Assembly: GCA_041659225.1 (NCBI GenBank)
Contig: JBAZYR010000005.1
Coordinates: 4,824-68,823 of the forward strand
Reading direction: 5' to 3'
DNA from: Candidatus Staskawiczbacteria bacterium
GTDB lineage: Bacteria; Patescibacteriota; Minisyncoccia; Minisyncoccales; Staskawiczbacteraceae
Length of the DNA: 64,000 bases
Below are positions 18,000-27,560 of this stretch, piece by piece; position 1 is the stretch's first letter; the number at the start of each line of letters is the position of its first letter. The notes under the pieces were generated by a model. That model saw nothing but the letters and a program-made list of their open reading frames with translations. It had not been told where the DNA came from and made no database searches. The translations under genes and the position numbers were made by a program.

Positions 18000-20915
18000 A
18001 TGGCCCTAGACCTGACAAAACTAAATGAAGAGCAAAAGAAAGCTGTAGCCCATAAAAATGGGCCTCTTTTGATTGTGGCTGGAGCAGGAACGGGAAAAAC
18101 TACCGTAATAACGCAAAGGATTGCATATTTGATCGAAAAAGGTGAGGCAACGCCTGAGGAAATACTGGCGGTTACTTTTACAGATAAAGCAGCGGGTGAA
18201 TTGGAAGAGCGTGTTGATAGCCTCCTGCCTTATGGATACGTTGACTTATGGGTTTCAACTTTTCATGCGTTTTGCGAAAGGATTTTAAGGGACCACGCCT
18301 TAGATATCGGCCTGCCTGCCGACTTTAAGGTTTTGAACCAAACCGCCAGTTGGCTGCTAATGCGGCAGAATATTGATAAGCTGGAGCTTGATTATTACCG
18401 TCCGCTAGGAAATCCGACAAAGTTTTTGCAAGCATTAATTTCGCATTTCTCGCATTGCAAGGATCAGGCGATCTATCCGAAAGACTATTTAGAATATGCC
18501 GATAAACTTAAAACCCGAGACGATTCGCCCGAGGAAGAAGAGGTTGAAAGGATTAAAGAAATCGCCAATGCTTATCATGTGTATCAAAAATTACTGCTGG
18601 AAAACAGTTCCTTGGATTTCGGAGATTTGATAAACTATTGTCTGAAGCTTTTCCAGGAGAGGCCTTTGATTCTTAAAAAGTATCGGGCGAAGTTTAAACA
18701 TATTCTAGTTGACGAGTTCCAGGATACGAATTGGGCCCAATATGAACTGATTAAAATTCTGGCTGAACCGAAGAATAATGTTACTGTTTGTGCGGATGAC
18801 GACCAGGCGATCTACAGGTGGCGGGGGGCATCTTTTTCGAACATTATTCAGTTCAAAAAGGACTTTGCCGACGCAAAACAGATATCATTAGTTAAGAATT
18901 ATAGGTCAAGCCAGAATATATTGGACCTGGCGTACAAATTTATCAAAGCCAACGATCCGGATCGGCTTGAATACGTGAATAAAATTGACAAAAAGTTGGT
19001 ATCCGAGCTCGGAGGAGACGGGATAATCGAACACATACGTGCCAATTCCTTAGACCAGGAGGTTTCCCAAATAGTTAAGAAGATAAAAGAGATTTTTAAA
19101 AAAGATAAAAATGCGAACTTTAGCGACTTCGCAATATTGGTCCGGGCCAATGATGCTGCCATCCCGTTTATCAAGGCGTTAGAAAGAGAACAAATTCCTT
19201 ATCAGTTTTTAGCTTCCCGCGGGCTTTATTCCAAGCCCTGTATTCTGGATATCGTTTCATATTTTAAACTTTTGGACAACTATCACGAAAGCTCCGCGGT
19301 TTACCGGATTTTGAATCTGCCGTTTTTGAATATTTCCTATGACGATATCGCAAAACTTACGCAGTACAGCCACAAAAGAACAATTTCGCTCTATGAAGCA
19401 ATCGGAGAACTTTCCTTAGTCCCGGGAATTTCCGCAAAAGCCCAAGATAAAATATCTTTTATCATCAGCCTGATAAAGAAACATAGCCTCATGGCCAGGG
19501 AAAAATCAGTGATTGAACTGTTAGCTGCGTTTTTACAGGATTCCGGTTATCTGAAGTATCTAACTGATAAAGAAGATGAAGAACAGATCAGTTTGCTCAA
19601 CCAATTCTACAAGCGCGTTAAATCCTTTGAAGAAAGCACGATAGAACCGACCTTGAGAAACTTTGTCGAGGAAATAATTTTGGAGATTGAATCTGGCGAA
19701 CAGGGAAAGCTCGAGTTTGATCCCGAGCAAGGACCGGATATGGTAAAGGTAATGACAATCCACGGGGCAAAAGGTTTAGAATTTAAATATGTTTTCCTTG
19801 CGAATATGGTGGATAAAAGATTCCCGACAATCGCGCGCGGCGAATTAATCGATCTTCCGCCGGATTTACTAAAAGACATTAAGCCGACCGGCGACGTTCA
19901 CTTACAGGAAGAAAGACGGCTTTGTTATGTCGCTATGACCCGGGCGAAAAAAGAGCTGTATTTTTCTTCAGCTCAGGATTACGGAGGAATGCGGAAGAAA
20001 AAATTGTCCAGGTTTTTAATTGAAATGGGATATGAGGATGAAGCGGACGTGAGAATCCAAAAAACCAAAGGAGAATTATTCGAACCGAGAAGTATCCTGG
20101 AAAAAAGAGAAAGCAAAAAAGAAAATGAATATCTGCCAAAACACTTTTCCTTTTCCCAGCTCACGGCATTTGAAAAGTGTCCTTTGCAGTATAAGTTTAA
20201 TTTTATTCTAAAAGTACCTATAAGAGGAAAATCTGTTTTTTCTTTTGGAAAAACAATCCATGCGACGCTATATGAATTTTTGAAACAAGCTGTTGAGGGC
20301 GAGAAAATTAAACAGGAAGATCTCTTCGGTTTTAAAGAAAAAGGATCCGGCGCTCTGGGATTAGATTTGCTAAAAGAGCTCTATGAAAAAAACTGGATCG
20401 GGGAGTGGTATGATAACAAAAGCCAGAAAGATGAATATTATGCGCTCGGGCTTAGAATTATTAAGGATTTCTATAACGAGTTTAAAAAGAATCCGCCGAA
20501 GATTTTAACAGTCAACAACACAATTGCCCTTGAAATCCCATTTAATCTGAAAATAGGGGATCAGACGGTTTATGGAATTATTGACCGAATCGATCAAACC
20601 GAGAAAGGAATTACAATTTTAGATTACAAGACCGGAAATGCAAAAGAAAGGCTTGACGCGAGTGATAAGGAGCAGTTGTTGATTTACCAAATCGCAGTTG
20701 AAGAGGTATTCAAATTAGAACCTACGGAGCTTACGTATTACTATTTAGACAAAGGAACAAAGATGTCGTTTCTTGGCGGAGATAAAGAGAAGGAAAAACT
20801 TAAGGAAAAGATACTGCGCCAGATGGACGAGATAAAAACAAGTGATTTTAAGCCAACTCCGGGCTGGCAATGCGCATTTTGCGATTTTAAAGATATATGC
20901 GATTTTAAACAATAA
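18000..20915 (+). CDS. UvrD/PcrA-type SF1 helicase fused to a C-terminal PD-(D/E)XK (Cas4-like) nuclease
   Basis: AGAGTGKT, ILVDEFQDTN, VMTIHGAKGLEF, YVAMTRAK. C-terminal nuclease part with FEKCPLQYKF, ILDYKTG and CAFCDFKDIC. Confidence 0.85.
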   Translation: MALDLTKLNEEQKKAVAHKNGPLLIVAGAGTGKTTVITQRIAYLIEKGEATPEEILAVTFTDKAAGELEERVDSLLPYGYVDLWVSTFHAFCERILRDHALDIGLPADFKVLNQTASWLLMRQNIDKLELDYYRPLGNPTKFLQALISHFSHCKDQAIYPKDYLEYADKLKTRDDSPEEEEVERIKEIANAYHVYQKLLLENSSLDFGDLINYCLKLFQERPLILKKYRAKFKHILVDEFQDTNWAQYELIKILAEPKNNVTVCADDDQAIYRWRGASFSNIIQFKKDFADAKQISLVKNYRSSQNILDLAYKFIKANDPDRLEYVNKIDKKLVSELGGDGIIEHIRANSLDQEVSQIVKKIKEIFKKDKNANFSDFAILVRANDAAIPFIKALEREQIPYQFLASRGLYSKPCILDIVSYFKLLDNYHESSAVYRILNLPFLNISYDDIAKLTQYSHKRTISLYEAIGELSLVPGISAKAQDKISFIISLIKKHSLMAREKSVIELLAAFLQDSGYLKYLTDKEDEEQISLLNQFYKRVKSFEESTIEPTLRNFVEEIILEIESGEQGKLEFDPEQGPDMVKVMTIHGAKGLEFKYVFLANMVDKRFPTIARGELIDLPPDLLKDIKPTGDVHLQEERRLCYVAMTRAKKELYFSSAQDYGGMRKKKLSRFLIEMGYEDEADVRIQKTKGELFEPRSILEKRESKKENEYLPKHFSFSQLTAFEKCPLQYKFNFILKVPIRGKSVFSFGKTIHATLYEFLKQAVEGEKIKQEDLFGFKEKGSGALGLDLLKELYEKNWIGEWYDNKSQKDEYYALGLRIIKDFYNEFKKNPPKILTVNNTIALEIPFNLKIGDQTVYGIIDRIDQTEKGITILDYKTGNAKERLDASDKEQLLIYQIAVEEVFKLEPTELTYYYLDKGTKMSFLGGDKEKEKLKEKILRQMDEIKTSDFKPTPGWQCAFCDFKDICDFKQ

Positions 20916-21067
20916 ATTATTTACGGAAAGTCATATTTATAAGATTGAAATATAATGGCGCTGGCCTACGTATTAAATGTGTATACTTGTGGTATACGCC
21001 AAAGGTCTCGCGAATAATGAGGCCTTTTGGGCTCTACTGTTAAATATTAATTCCTTTTATTGTCTGC

Positions 21068-21652
21068 ATGCAACCAGATGATTTCAATATAATGAATATG
21101 GACGATAAGGAATTAGTCGCCCTGTCCTTGAAAGAGAAGGAAAGATATGGATACCTGATGCAAAGATATGAGAAGAAATTATTAAAATATATTACAAGGT
21201 TTTCGGGCGTTGGCGGAGACGACGCTCAAGATATTCTGCAGGATACTTTTTTAAAGGTATATAGAAATTTGAATGCTTACAACGGCGCATTTAGTTTTTC
21301 CTCCTGGATTTACCGGATTGCCCATAACGAAACAATCGGCCATCTGCGAAAGCTAAAATCGCGGCCTCAGGTTGTCAATTCAGAGGATAGCAATATATTA
21401 ATTGATATTTTTAAAAGCGATCCCGGGTTTTTCGCTGATATTGAAAATCAACACCTTGCTGAAAAACTTGGAGAGATTATTAATACTTTAGATAGTAAAT
21501 ATCGAGAGGTTATTGCTTTGGTATATCTCGAGGACAAGAGCTATAAAGAGGTATCGGATATACTAAAAAAGCCCGTGAGCACGGTTGGGACGTTAGTTCT
21601 ACGGGCGAAGAGGCAATTAAAGGAAAAGATTAAAAAAAGCAATTATTTTTAA
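21068..21652 (+). CDS. ECF-type RNA polymerase sigma-70 family factor
   Basis: Region 2 (DAQDILQDTFLKVYRNL..FSSWIYRIAHNE) and region 4 HTH (SYKEVSDILKKPVSTVGTLVLRAKRQL). Confidence 0.85.
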   Translation: MQPDDFNIMNMDDKELVALSLKEKERYGYLMQRYEKKLLKYITRFSGVGGDDAQDILQDTFLKVYRNLNAYNGAFSFSSWIYRIAHNETIGHLRKLKSRPQVVNSEDSNILIDIFKSDPGFFADIENQHLAEKLGEIINTLDSKYREVIALVYLEDKSYKEVSDILKKPVSTVGTLVLRAKRQLKEKIKKSNYF

Positions 21653-21656
21653 ACAC

Positions 21657-22364
21657 ATGTCGGAAATATCTGAAAAAGTAATACAAGATATCGAAGAGAA
21701 AAAGATTCACCCTCGCCCGAGGTGGTACTTCCTGATGGGAAGATACAGCACTTTTTCCTTGTTTGTTTTCTCCATCGTTTTCGGTGCTCTTTCAGTTGCC
21801 ACGATTTTATTCATGTTGTTTGATTACGATCGGGATATTTCCCAATACTTTGGCAGGGGATTATTTAAGGATATTTTAATATCAATTCCATATCTATGGA
21901 TTGTCCTTTTTGTATTTTTTATTCTAAGCGCCGACTATAATCTTAGGAGAACCCCGAGGGGCTATCGGTTTGAGTTGCATAAAATTATTCTTCTTAATCT
22001 TTTTCTCTCAATTTTAGTTGGAACTGGCCTTTTCTGTTTTGGGTTCGATTCTGAAATTGACGACCTAGTTTCGCGAAATGTACCGTTTTACGAAAATCTT
22101 ATCTATAACAAAGACGATATCTGGGTTTTCCCTGAAAAAGGTCTTTTGAGCGGTGAAGTGATCCAGATAATTGGGCCTGGCAGTTTTACATTGAGAGATT
22201 TCCATGGTTATGTTTGGCGCGTGAACGAAGAAGGACTTGACCCTTCTGATTTTCGATACATTCACGAAGGCGCCAAATTAAAACTTATTGGGGAGCAAAC
22301 GGGCGAAGGAATATTTGATGTTAAAATTATCTGTTCCTGGCAAGAGTGTTGCGGGGTTCGATAG
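21657..22364 (+). CDS. multi-pass membrane protein, possible cognate anti-sigma factor
   Basis: Lies 4 nt after the sigma gene. Has a short cytoplasmic N-terminus, then 3-4 TM segments and an extracytoplasmic C-terminal domain. No recognisable motif. Confidence 0.35.
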   Translation: MSEISEKVIQDIEEKKIHPRPRWYFLMGRYSTFSLFVFSIVFGALSVATILFMLFDYDRDISQYFGRGLFKDILISIPYLWIVLFVFFILSADYNLRRTPRGYRFELHKIILLNLFLSILVGTGLFCFGFDSEIDDLVSRNVPFYENLIYNKDDIWVFPEKGLLSGEVIQIIGPGSFTLRDFHGYVWRVNEEGLDPSDFRYIHEGAKLKLIGEQTGEGIFDVKIICSWQECCGVR

Positions 22365-22617
22365 CATGGTGAAATAATAGGGGAGATGACTACGTAGTAA
22401 TAAGTGAAAGGTCGAAGTCAGCATTCGCTTATTAACATAATCATCATTAAAATAGATGGCTAAATGGCTCACCAGATGCATTGCTCTCAAAGTATTCTAT
22501 TAACATGTCCTTCCTATTAAGACTAGAGGAAACGCGACTCCTGTCGCAAATGAACGGATACATGCGACAGCAACTATTCTAGGAGCAAATAAATAATAAA
22601 AATCGAACATATACAAA

Positions 22618-22648
22618 CTAACCCGCAACTGGGTTAGTTGTTTTATTT
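22618..22648 (+). terminator. hairpin plus T-rich tail at the end of an ORF-free 250-nt stretch
   Basis: CTAACCC-gcaact-GGGTTAG followed by ttgttttattt. The reverse strand also reads as hairpin plus T-rich sequence. Confidence 0.5.
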
Positions 22649-22664
22649 ACGGAGTGGATGCGCT

Positions 22665-22693
22665 CTTGACTTTTCACTAGTTGTGCTATACAA
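22665..22693 (+). promoter_or_regulatory. sigma-70-type promoter of the RRM protein gene
   Basis: TTGACT, 17-nt spacer, TACAAT. Leaves a leader of about 115 nt with two perfect 8-bp hairpins (CTTACATA/TATGTAAG and GTAAGCCG/CGGCTTAC). Confidence 0.5.
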
Positions 22694-22814
22694 TGATTAT
22701 TGTAAGTTTCTATTGAGTTCTCATTCCTTACATATTTTATTATTCTATGTAAGCCGTAAGAGAAGTTAGATAGTCGGTCGGCTTACTAATTAATAAAATA
22801 ATATAAGGAAAAAT

Positions 22815-23147
22815 ATGGCAAAGAAATTATTTGTCGGTGGATTATCATATAATACTACCGATGCTACTTTGAAAGATACTTTTTCTCAGGCTGGAACCGT
22901 TGAGTCCGCGACTATAATCATGGACAAAATGACCGGCCGCTCAAAAGGATTTGGATTTGTTGAAATGTCTACTGAGGAAGAAGCTCAGAAAGCCACTGAA
23001 ATGTTCAATGGCAAAGACATCGACGGAAGAAACGTCACTGTCAACGAAGCAAAACCTTTGGAAGCTAGACCTCCAAGAACTGGGGGAGGCTTCAACCGAG
23101 GAGGCGGAAGCCGAGGATTCGGTGGAGACAGAGGAAGTCGCTGGTAG
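22815..23147 (+). CDS. RRM-type RNA-binding protein with Gly/Arg-rich tail
   Basis: RNP-2 LFVGGL, RNP-1 KGFGFVEM, tail GGGFNRGGGSRGFGGDRGSRW. Confidence 0.85.
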   Translation: MAKKLFVGGLSYNTTDATLKDTFSQAGTVESATIIMDKMTGRSKGFGFVEMSTEEEAQKATEMFNGKDIDGRNVTVNEAKPLEARPPRTGGGFNRGGGSRGFGGDRGSRW

Positions 23148-23158
23148 AAAGTAATGAG

Positions 23159-23182
23159 AAAATCCCTTAACAGGGATTTTTT
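23159..23182 (+). terminator. intrinsic terminator
   Basis: AATCCCT-taac-AGGGATT followed by a T-run. Confidence 0.7.
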
Positions 23183-23226
23183 CATGTATGCGTGGTATAA
23201 TAAAGGATATTAATAATGTTAAATAT

Positions 23227-23442
23227 ATGAGCATATTAAACAAAATACTCTTTACTATACTTTTACTACTTTTCGCGGTTGCGTTTTTCCTATACAAACA
23301 GTATGTGTTTTCCTTCTTAACGTTGGTCGTCATTCTTGTCTTCTCCAAATGGGATCAAATGAAGAAGCTGATTGCTGGAAACGGACGCATTGAGATGCAG
23401 TTGCAGAACAAGAAGGAGGAAGAGAACAAAGAGGTAAAGTAG
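23227..23442 (+). CDS. small membrane protein
   Basis: The listed ATG at 23188 lies upstream of an extended -10 (TGGTATAAT, 23193-23201), so the ATG at 23227 is preferred. Two hydrophobic segments and a charged tail. Confidence 0.35.
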   Translation: MSILNKILFTILLLLFAVAFFLYKQYVFSFLTLVVILVFSKWDQMKKLIAGNGRIEMQLQNKKEEENKEVK

Positions 23443-23457
23443 CTAACTATCAGTTCA

Positions 23458-23486
23458 CCCCGTAACGTTGTTACGGGGTTTTGTTT
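23458..23486 (+). terminator. intrinsic terminator
   Basis: CCCCGTAA-cgttg-TTACGGGG followed by ttttgttt. Confidence 0.7.
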
Positions 23487-23490
23487 GCCC

Positions 23491-23519
23491 TTGACGTGCT
23501 TTTGATAGTATGATATAAT
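23491..23519 (+). promoter_or_regulatory. sigma-70 consensus-like promoter of the secretin cassette
   Basis: TTGACG, 17-nt spacer, TATAAT. Confidence 0.55.
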
Positions 23520-23579
23520 ATATTTGTTGACTTCGCGTGGAGTCACGATAGTGTGTTCGTTGACATAGGAGTCTGTAAG

Positions 23580-24989
23580 ATGAAGCGAGGATGTTTTTAC
23601 TACGTATCGGCCTTCATTGTTGCTTTCGCCATCGTCGGTTCGGCGATGGCTCAGCAATCGACAAGCGCCCCTGCGGGCGCCGTGGCCAGCGATGGCAAAG
23701 TCGTTATCGCCGGTCAGCCGGGTGATTACAACATCATCTCGAGTGACGGTCAGTTAACGATGCAGAGTTACGAAGTAACCGGGGTGTCTGTGGAAAGTAA
23801 GAGCACGCTGTACAAAGCGTTCCATAAGCTCCTGTCGAAAGACGGGCGTGGCGGGAGTGCCGAGGTGGCGCCGCTCACTCGGAACGGTAAGGAAATCATT
23901 CTTCTCATCGTAGCCGCGACACCCGAGATGCAACGTTCAATCGCGAAAACCGTTGAGCGGATCAACTCGGGAACCGTCGGCGCTTTCTGCTACACCCCAA
24001 AAAATGTGGTGTTCATTCCGAAGTATCGGTCGGCCGAGTCAATCGCTGCGGCTTTACGCGTGGAGATAACCAACATTGGTGTTCTCTACGTTGACCCGAT
24101 TCTGAACGCGATAACGATCGAGGATGACGCCACCTACGTGGACTGGCTGGTCAATTACGCACAAGAGTTTGACTCGCCACCTCCGCAGATTACGGCCATA
24201 CTGCGTCTTGTCGCCATTGACAAGAACAATGACAGCAGTGTCGGAACGGATTGGGGTGCTCTGCTTGATGGACTTCCACCGTCGATTTCGCTAAGTATCG
24301 GCGGTGAACGTCAGATCTTATCGCGCTCGGGCGAAGTAAGCGTCGCCAACGGTGATCCGAGCCTTGCCCTGACAGGTTCGAAGCAAAGGCTTTCGCACCT
24401 GCCCATAACGAGTTTTTCTGCGGCGGTTAACGAGATTTCGCCGCAGGCGGTAGGAGCCTTCTTCAGTTATCTGGAAACAAAGGGCGTGTGTCGGATTCTC
24501 AACACCGCCGACATTAATGTGGTCAACGGCTCGCCGACGGTCGTAAGCACGGAAGTGAGTATGCCCGTCACCGCCACAGTCTCAAGCGAGACCGGCGGCA
24601 AGCTTCGCCAGGAAGTTTCGGTTTTAGAAGGTGTTAAGATTACGATCAGCGGAAGTTTGGCCACAATCGGCCATCGCCTGAATGTTCAGGCGAGCAGTAC
24701 ATCGGTGGTGAGTTATACTCGCACCGGCCTTCCGCTCATCGCGACGAGTACTCTTGACACCGCCGTCCAGCTGCCGCGCAACCGCACAATCACCTTATCG
24801 GGGTTGTCGCGGCAGAAGGAGGTCACGGTAACACACAAGCCTCCGGTACTCGGAGACTTGGATGTCTTGAACCTTTTCTCAAAAAAGGTCACCGAAACCA
24901 GGGAATGGAAACTGTATATTTGCATCACGGTGGTTGACCCGCCGGTTGCAACTCCAGCGACCACGAACCCTTCGGTTTCGGTCAATTGA
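23580..24989 (+). CDS. secretin family protein (GspD/PilQ/RcpA/pIV-like), orphan (GC-rich cassette B)
   Basis: ATG at 23580 has AGGAG 8 nt upstream. Signal peptide MKRGCFYYVSAFIVAFAIVGSAMAQQ. Secretin_N-like block (YRSAESIAAALRVE..LYVDPILNAITIEDD). C-terminal secretin blocks (RILNTADINVVNGSPTVV; GVKITISGSL; TITLSGL; PPVLGDLDVLNLFSKK..WKLYICITV). Confidence 0.7.
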   Translation: MKRGCFYYVSAFIVAFAIVGSAMAQQSTSAPAGAVASDGKVVIAGQPGDYNIISSDGQLTMQSYEVTGVSVESKSTLYKAFHKLLSKDGRGGSAEVAPLTRNGKEIILLIVAATPEMQRSIAKTVERINSGTVGAFCYTPKNVVFIPKYRSAESIAAALRVEITNIGVLYVDPILNAITIEDDATYVDWLVNYAQEFDSPPPQITAILRLVAIDKNNDSSVGTDWGALLDGLPPSISLSIGGERQILSRSGEVSVANGDPSLALTGSKQRLSHLPITSFSAAVNEISPQAVGAFFSYLETKGVCRILNTADINVVNGSPTVVSTEVSMPVTATVSSETGGKLRQEVSVLEGVKITISGSLATIGHRLNVQASSTSVVSYTRTGLPLIATSTLDTAVQLPRNRTITLSGLSRQKEVTVTHKPPVLGDLDVLNLFSKKVTETREWKLYICITVVDPPVATPATTNPSVSVN

Positions 24990-25014
24990 CCGTTTCCTCG
25001 AACACAAACAACCA

Positions 25015-25051
25015 AGCCCGGTGGCTATCATGCTATCGGGCTCTTTCTTTT
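25015..25051 (+). terminator. intrinsic terminator of the secretin cassette
   Basis: AGCCCG, 16-nt loop, CGGGCT, then ctttctttt. Confidence 0.55.
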
Positions 25052-25089
25052 GACGTAAACAGATTTCTGGTGTATAATAAGGTTTTGTT

Positions 25090-26916
25090 ATGAATAAAAT
25101 ACGAAACATCGCAATAATCGCCCACGTTGACCACGGAAAAACCACTTTGGTGGACGCTCTTTTGCGTCAGTCAAAAACCGCAATGAGCAAAGACCGGGCA
25201 AATCAGGACTGTATTATGGACAGTAACGAGATAGAAAGAGAGCGGGGGATTACCATTTTTTCTAAAAACGCATCCGTTTACTATAACGATACTAAGATAA
25301 ATATAATCGATACTCCGGGCCATGCAGATTTTGGCGGAGAAGTTGAACGGGTTTTGAATATGGCTGACGGCTGTCTGCTTTTGGTTGACGCAAAAGAAGG
25401 ACCAATGCCCCAAACAAGATTTGTTTTGAAAAAGGCGTTGGAAATGGGTCACAAGATTATTGTTGTGATTAATAAAATTGATAAGGATGGAGCCCGTCCC
25501 GAATATGCCTTAGAAGCAACAATGGAACTATTTTTAGAATTAGGCGGGCATGATCAAACATTGAGTTTTCCGGTGATTTACGCGTCCGGAAGAGAGGGAA
25601 AAGCTGGTAAAGTGGCAAATATTAGCAAAATGGAGGATATTTTGCCGATATTCGAAGAAATTATCCAGCACATACCTTCGCCGATAGGAGATTCAAAAAA
25701 GCCTTTGCAAATTTTAGTTACTTCCATAGCTGGAGACGACTTTAAAGGAAGAATTGCTATCGGCAGAGTTTACAACGGAGTTGTAAAAGCTAATCAGGAG
25801 GTGATGCATATAAACAGAGCGGGGGAGCAGACAAAGTGCAAATTAGTTTCTCTTATGACTTTTGCCGGACTTGGTAAAATTGAAAGCGCTGAAGTTTCGG
25901 CCGGTGACATTGTTGCCATCGCCGGGATACCCGATGTAACGATTGGGGAAACAATAACTGATCCGTTGGATCCGCAAGCTTTACCTTTGATTAATATTGA
26001 AGAGCCAACCGTAAAAATGACCTTCATGGTTAACGATTCTCCTTTTGCCGGCAAGGAGGGGGAATACCCAACCTCCAGGCAGATACGGGAAAGGTTACAC
26101 AAAGAATTGGAAACCGATGTTGCTTTAAGGGTTGACGATACGGATGACGGAAAATGGATTGTGTCAGGGAGAGGGGAATTGCACCTTGCCATTCTAATCG
26201 AAAGAATGCGCCGGGAAGGTTATGAGTTCCAGGTCTCCAGGCCTCAAGTGATTACGCGTGAAATTAACGGCAAGCAAATGACGCCTTTTGAAAAGGTCTT
26301 TATTGAAGTCCCTGAGAAATATCATGGGACGGTGATACAGAAATTGGGAGCCAGAAAAGGTGAAATGATTGAGATGAGAAACGTGGATAGTACAGTATTT
26401 TTAGAATTTGTGATTCCTACGAGAGGGCTTTTGGGATACAGAAGCGAATTTCTAACTGACGCAAAGGGTTTAGGAATAATGAATACAGCTTTTTATCAAT
26501 ATCAAACAGATCCTGGAAATTGGAAAGAAAGAGCCCAAGGATCTTTGATTTCTCACGAAACTGGGCCTACTAATCTTTACGGTTTGAGAAACGTGCAGGA
26601 TAGGGGAGTATTATTTTTCGGCCCAGCGGTGTTGGTTTACGAAGGCCAGGTTGTGGGTCAGAATTCACGTCCTAATGATATCCGAGTAAATGTTTGCAAG
26701 GAAAAACAGCTGTCGAATATGAGGTCAAAAGGAGAAGGGGTATCTGTACATTTTAACACTCCAAAGACCATGGGGCTGGAGGACGCTTTGGAATATATTG
26801 GAGACGATGAATTAGTTGAAGTTACGCCGAAGAATGTACGAATAAGAAAAGTATACTTAGACGATAATGATCAGAGAAGGGCTGATAGAAAGGAGAGATC
26901 GGGAAACGCCGGATAA
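25090..26916 (+). CDS. typA: translational GTPase TypA/BipA
   Basis: [36 protein letters not shown], and full-length EF-G-like architecture with the BipA C-terminus. Confidence 0.95.
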   Translation: MNKIRNIAIIAHVDHGKTTLVDALLRQSKTAMSKDRANQDCIMDSNEIERERGITIFSKNASVYYNDTKINIIDTPGHADFGGEVERVLNMADGCLLLVDAKEGPMPQTRFVLKKALEMGHKIIVVINKIDKDGARPEYALEATMELFLELGGHDQTLSFPVIYASGREGKAGKVANISKMEDILPIFEEIIQHIPSPIGDSKKPLQILVTSIAGDDFKGRIAIGRVYNGVVKANQEVMHINRAGEQTKCKLVSLMTFAGLGKIESAEVSAGDIVAIAGIPDVTIGETITDPLDPQALPLINIEEPTVKMTFMVNDSPFAGKEGEYPTSRQIRERLHKELETDVALRVDDTDDGKWIVSGRGELHLAILIERMRREGYEFQVSRPQVITREINGKQMTPFEKVFIEVPEKYHGTVIQKLGARKGEMIEMRNVDSTVFLEFVIPTRGLLGYRSEFLTDAKGLGIMNTAFYQYQTDPGNWKERAQGSLISHETGPTNLYGLRNVQDRGVLFFGPAVLVYEGQVVGQNSRPNDIRVNVCKEKQLSNMRSKGEGVSVHFNTPKTMGLEDALEYIGDDELVEVTPKNVRIRKVYLDDNDQRRADRKERSGNAG

Positions 26917-27005
26917 TAATTAACGGAAGAGTTTTCGGGGGATTATAGTAAGGCCGCCCGTTGTGGAAGGCGCACCTTTAAAAACCAACCCAGAAGGAGG
27001 TTTGT

Positions 27006-27413
27006 ATGGCCAGAAGAAGGAAAACTGAAATTACAACAGTTGGGGAAATCATACCTATTGGTGCAAGAATGCCGCAGTTTATTGTTGAATACCCCACCGG
27101 GAAAGGCAAAAGAGCAAGAACTCAAAAAATCAGCAAGGAAAACTTCCGCCGAGCCAATGCTATTGTTCGGCGATATCACGTGGTTGTTTGGGGATCAGGC
27201 GAGCATTTTCTTGCCAATTCGCTTGAATTGCCGCTCCGAATCGGCGTCGGCAAGACATTTGAGGAATGCTGTCAGAACCTTTTGATAATCATGGCGTATC
27301 AGGTCGGCGCTCTGCTACAAATGCAGGTTGAACCGCCAAAACCGGTAATCTGGCCGGTGAAAGTGAAGTTGGTCGCCGCTGACGACTTGAAAGCTGAACT
27401 CGGCGTCAAATAA
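27006..27413 (+). CDS. hypothetical protein, weakly HicB/UPF0150-like (GC-rich cassette C)
   Basis: Strong RBS GAAGGAGG 5 nt upstream of the start. The middle region (HVVVWGSGEHFLANSLELPLRIGVGKTFEECCQNL) resembles the HicB-type fold pattern. No toxin partner is visible. Confidence 0.3.
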   Translation: MARRRKTEITTVGEIIPIGARMPQFIVEYPTGKGKRARTQKISKENFRRANAIVRRYHVVVWGSGEHFLANSLELPLRIGVGKTFEECCQNLLIIMAYQVGALLQMQVEPPKPVIWPVKVKLVAADDLKAELGVK

Positions 27414-27462
27414 CCAAACATACACTGTCCTTCGGTTCTCACTTCTGAATCTCTCTCATAAT

Positions 27463-27484
27463 AGGTCGCTTCGCGACCTTTTTG
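27463..27484 (+). terminator. intrinsic terminator of cassette C
   Basis: AGGTCGC-ttc-GCGACCT followed by tttt. Confidence 0.7.
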
Positions 27485-27523
27485 CTTAAATTTTCACGTT
27501 TTATTTACAAAAGCTAAAAACTC

Positions 27524-27532
27524 TGCTATACT
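27524..27532 (+). promoter_or_regulatory. extended -10 element upstream of the atp operon
   Basis: TGCTATACT (TGn + TATACT) lies 28 nt upstream of the atpB ATG. Confidence 0.4.
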
Positions 27533-27560
27533 TAGGCTTTGATTTGGATTTTTATTAATT

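Noticed and set aside
22365-22650. Possible tmRNA, RNase P RNA, SRP RNA or 6S RNA in the ORF-free gap (GGGGAGATGAC... at 22380 looked like a tmRNA 5' end)
   Set aside because: No matching 3' acceptor/T-arm (GGTTCGAnTCC...CCA) and no tag-peptide frame ending in a typical Ala-Ala. No GAGGAAAGTCC/ACAGAA RNase P blocks and no GGAAGCAGCC SRP helix-8 motif. Kept only as an unclassified structured segment.
27040-27285. 81-aa alternative-frame ORF within cassette C, and the 66/67-aa frames inside the RRM gene (22951-23185)
   Set aside because: They are nested in better-supported frames that carry the RBS and recognisable motifs.
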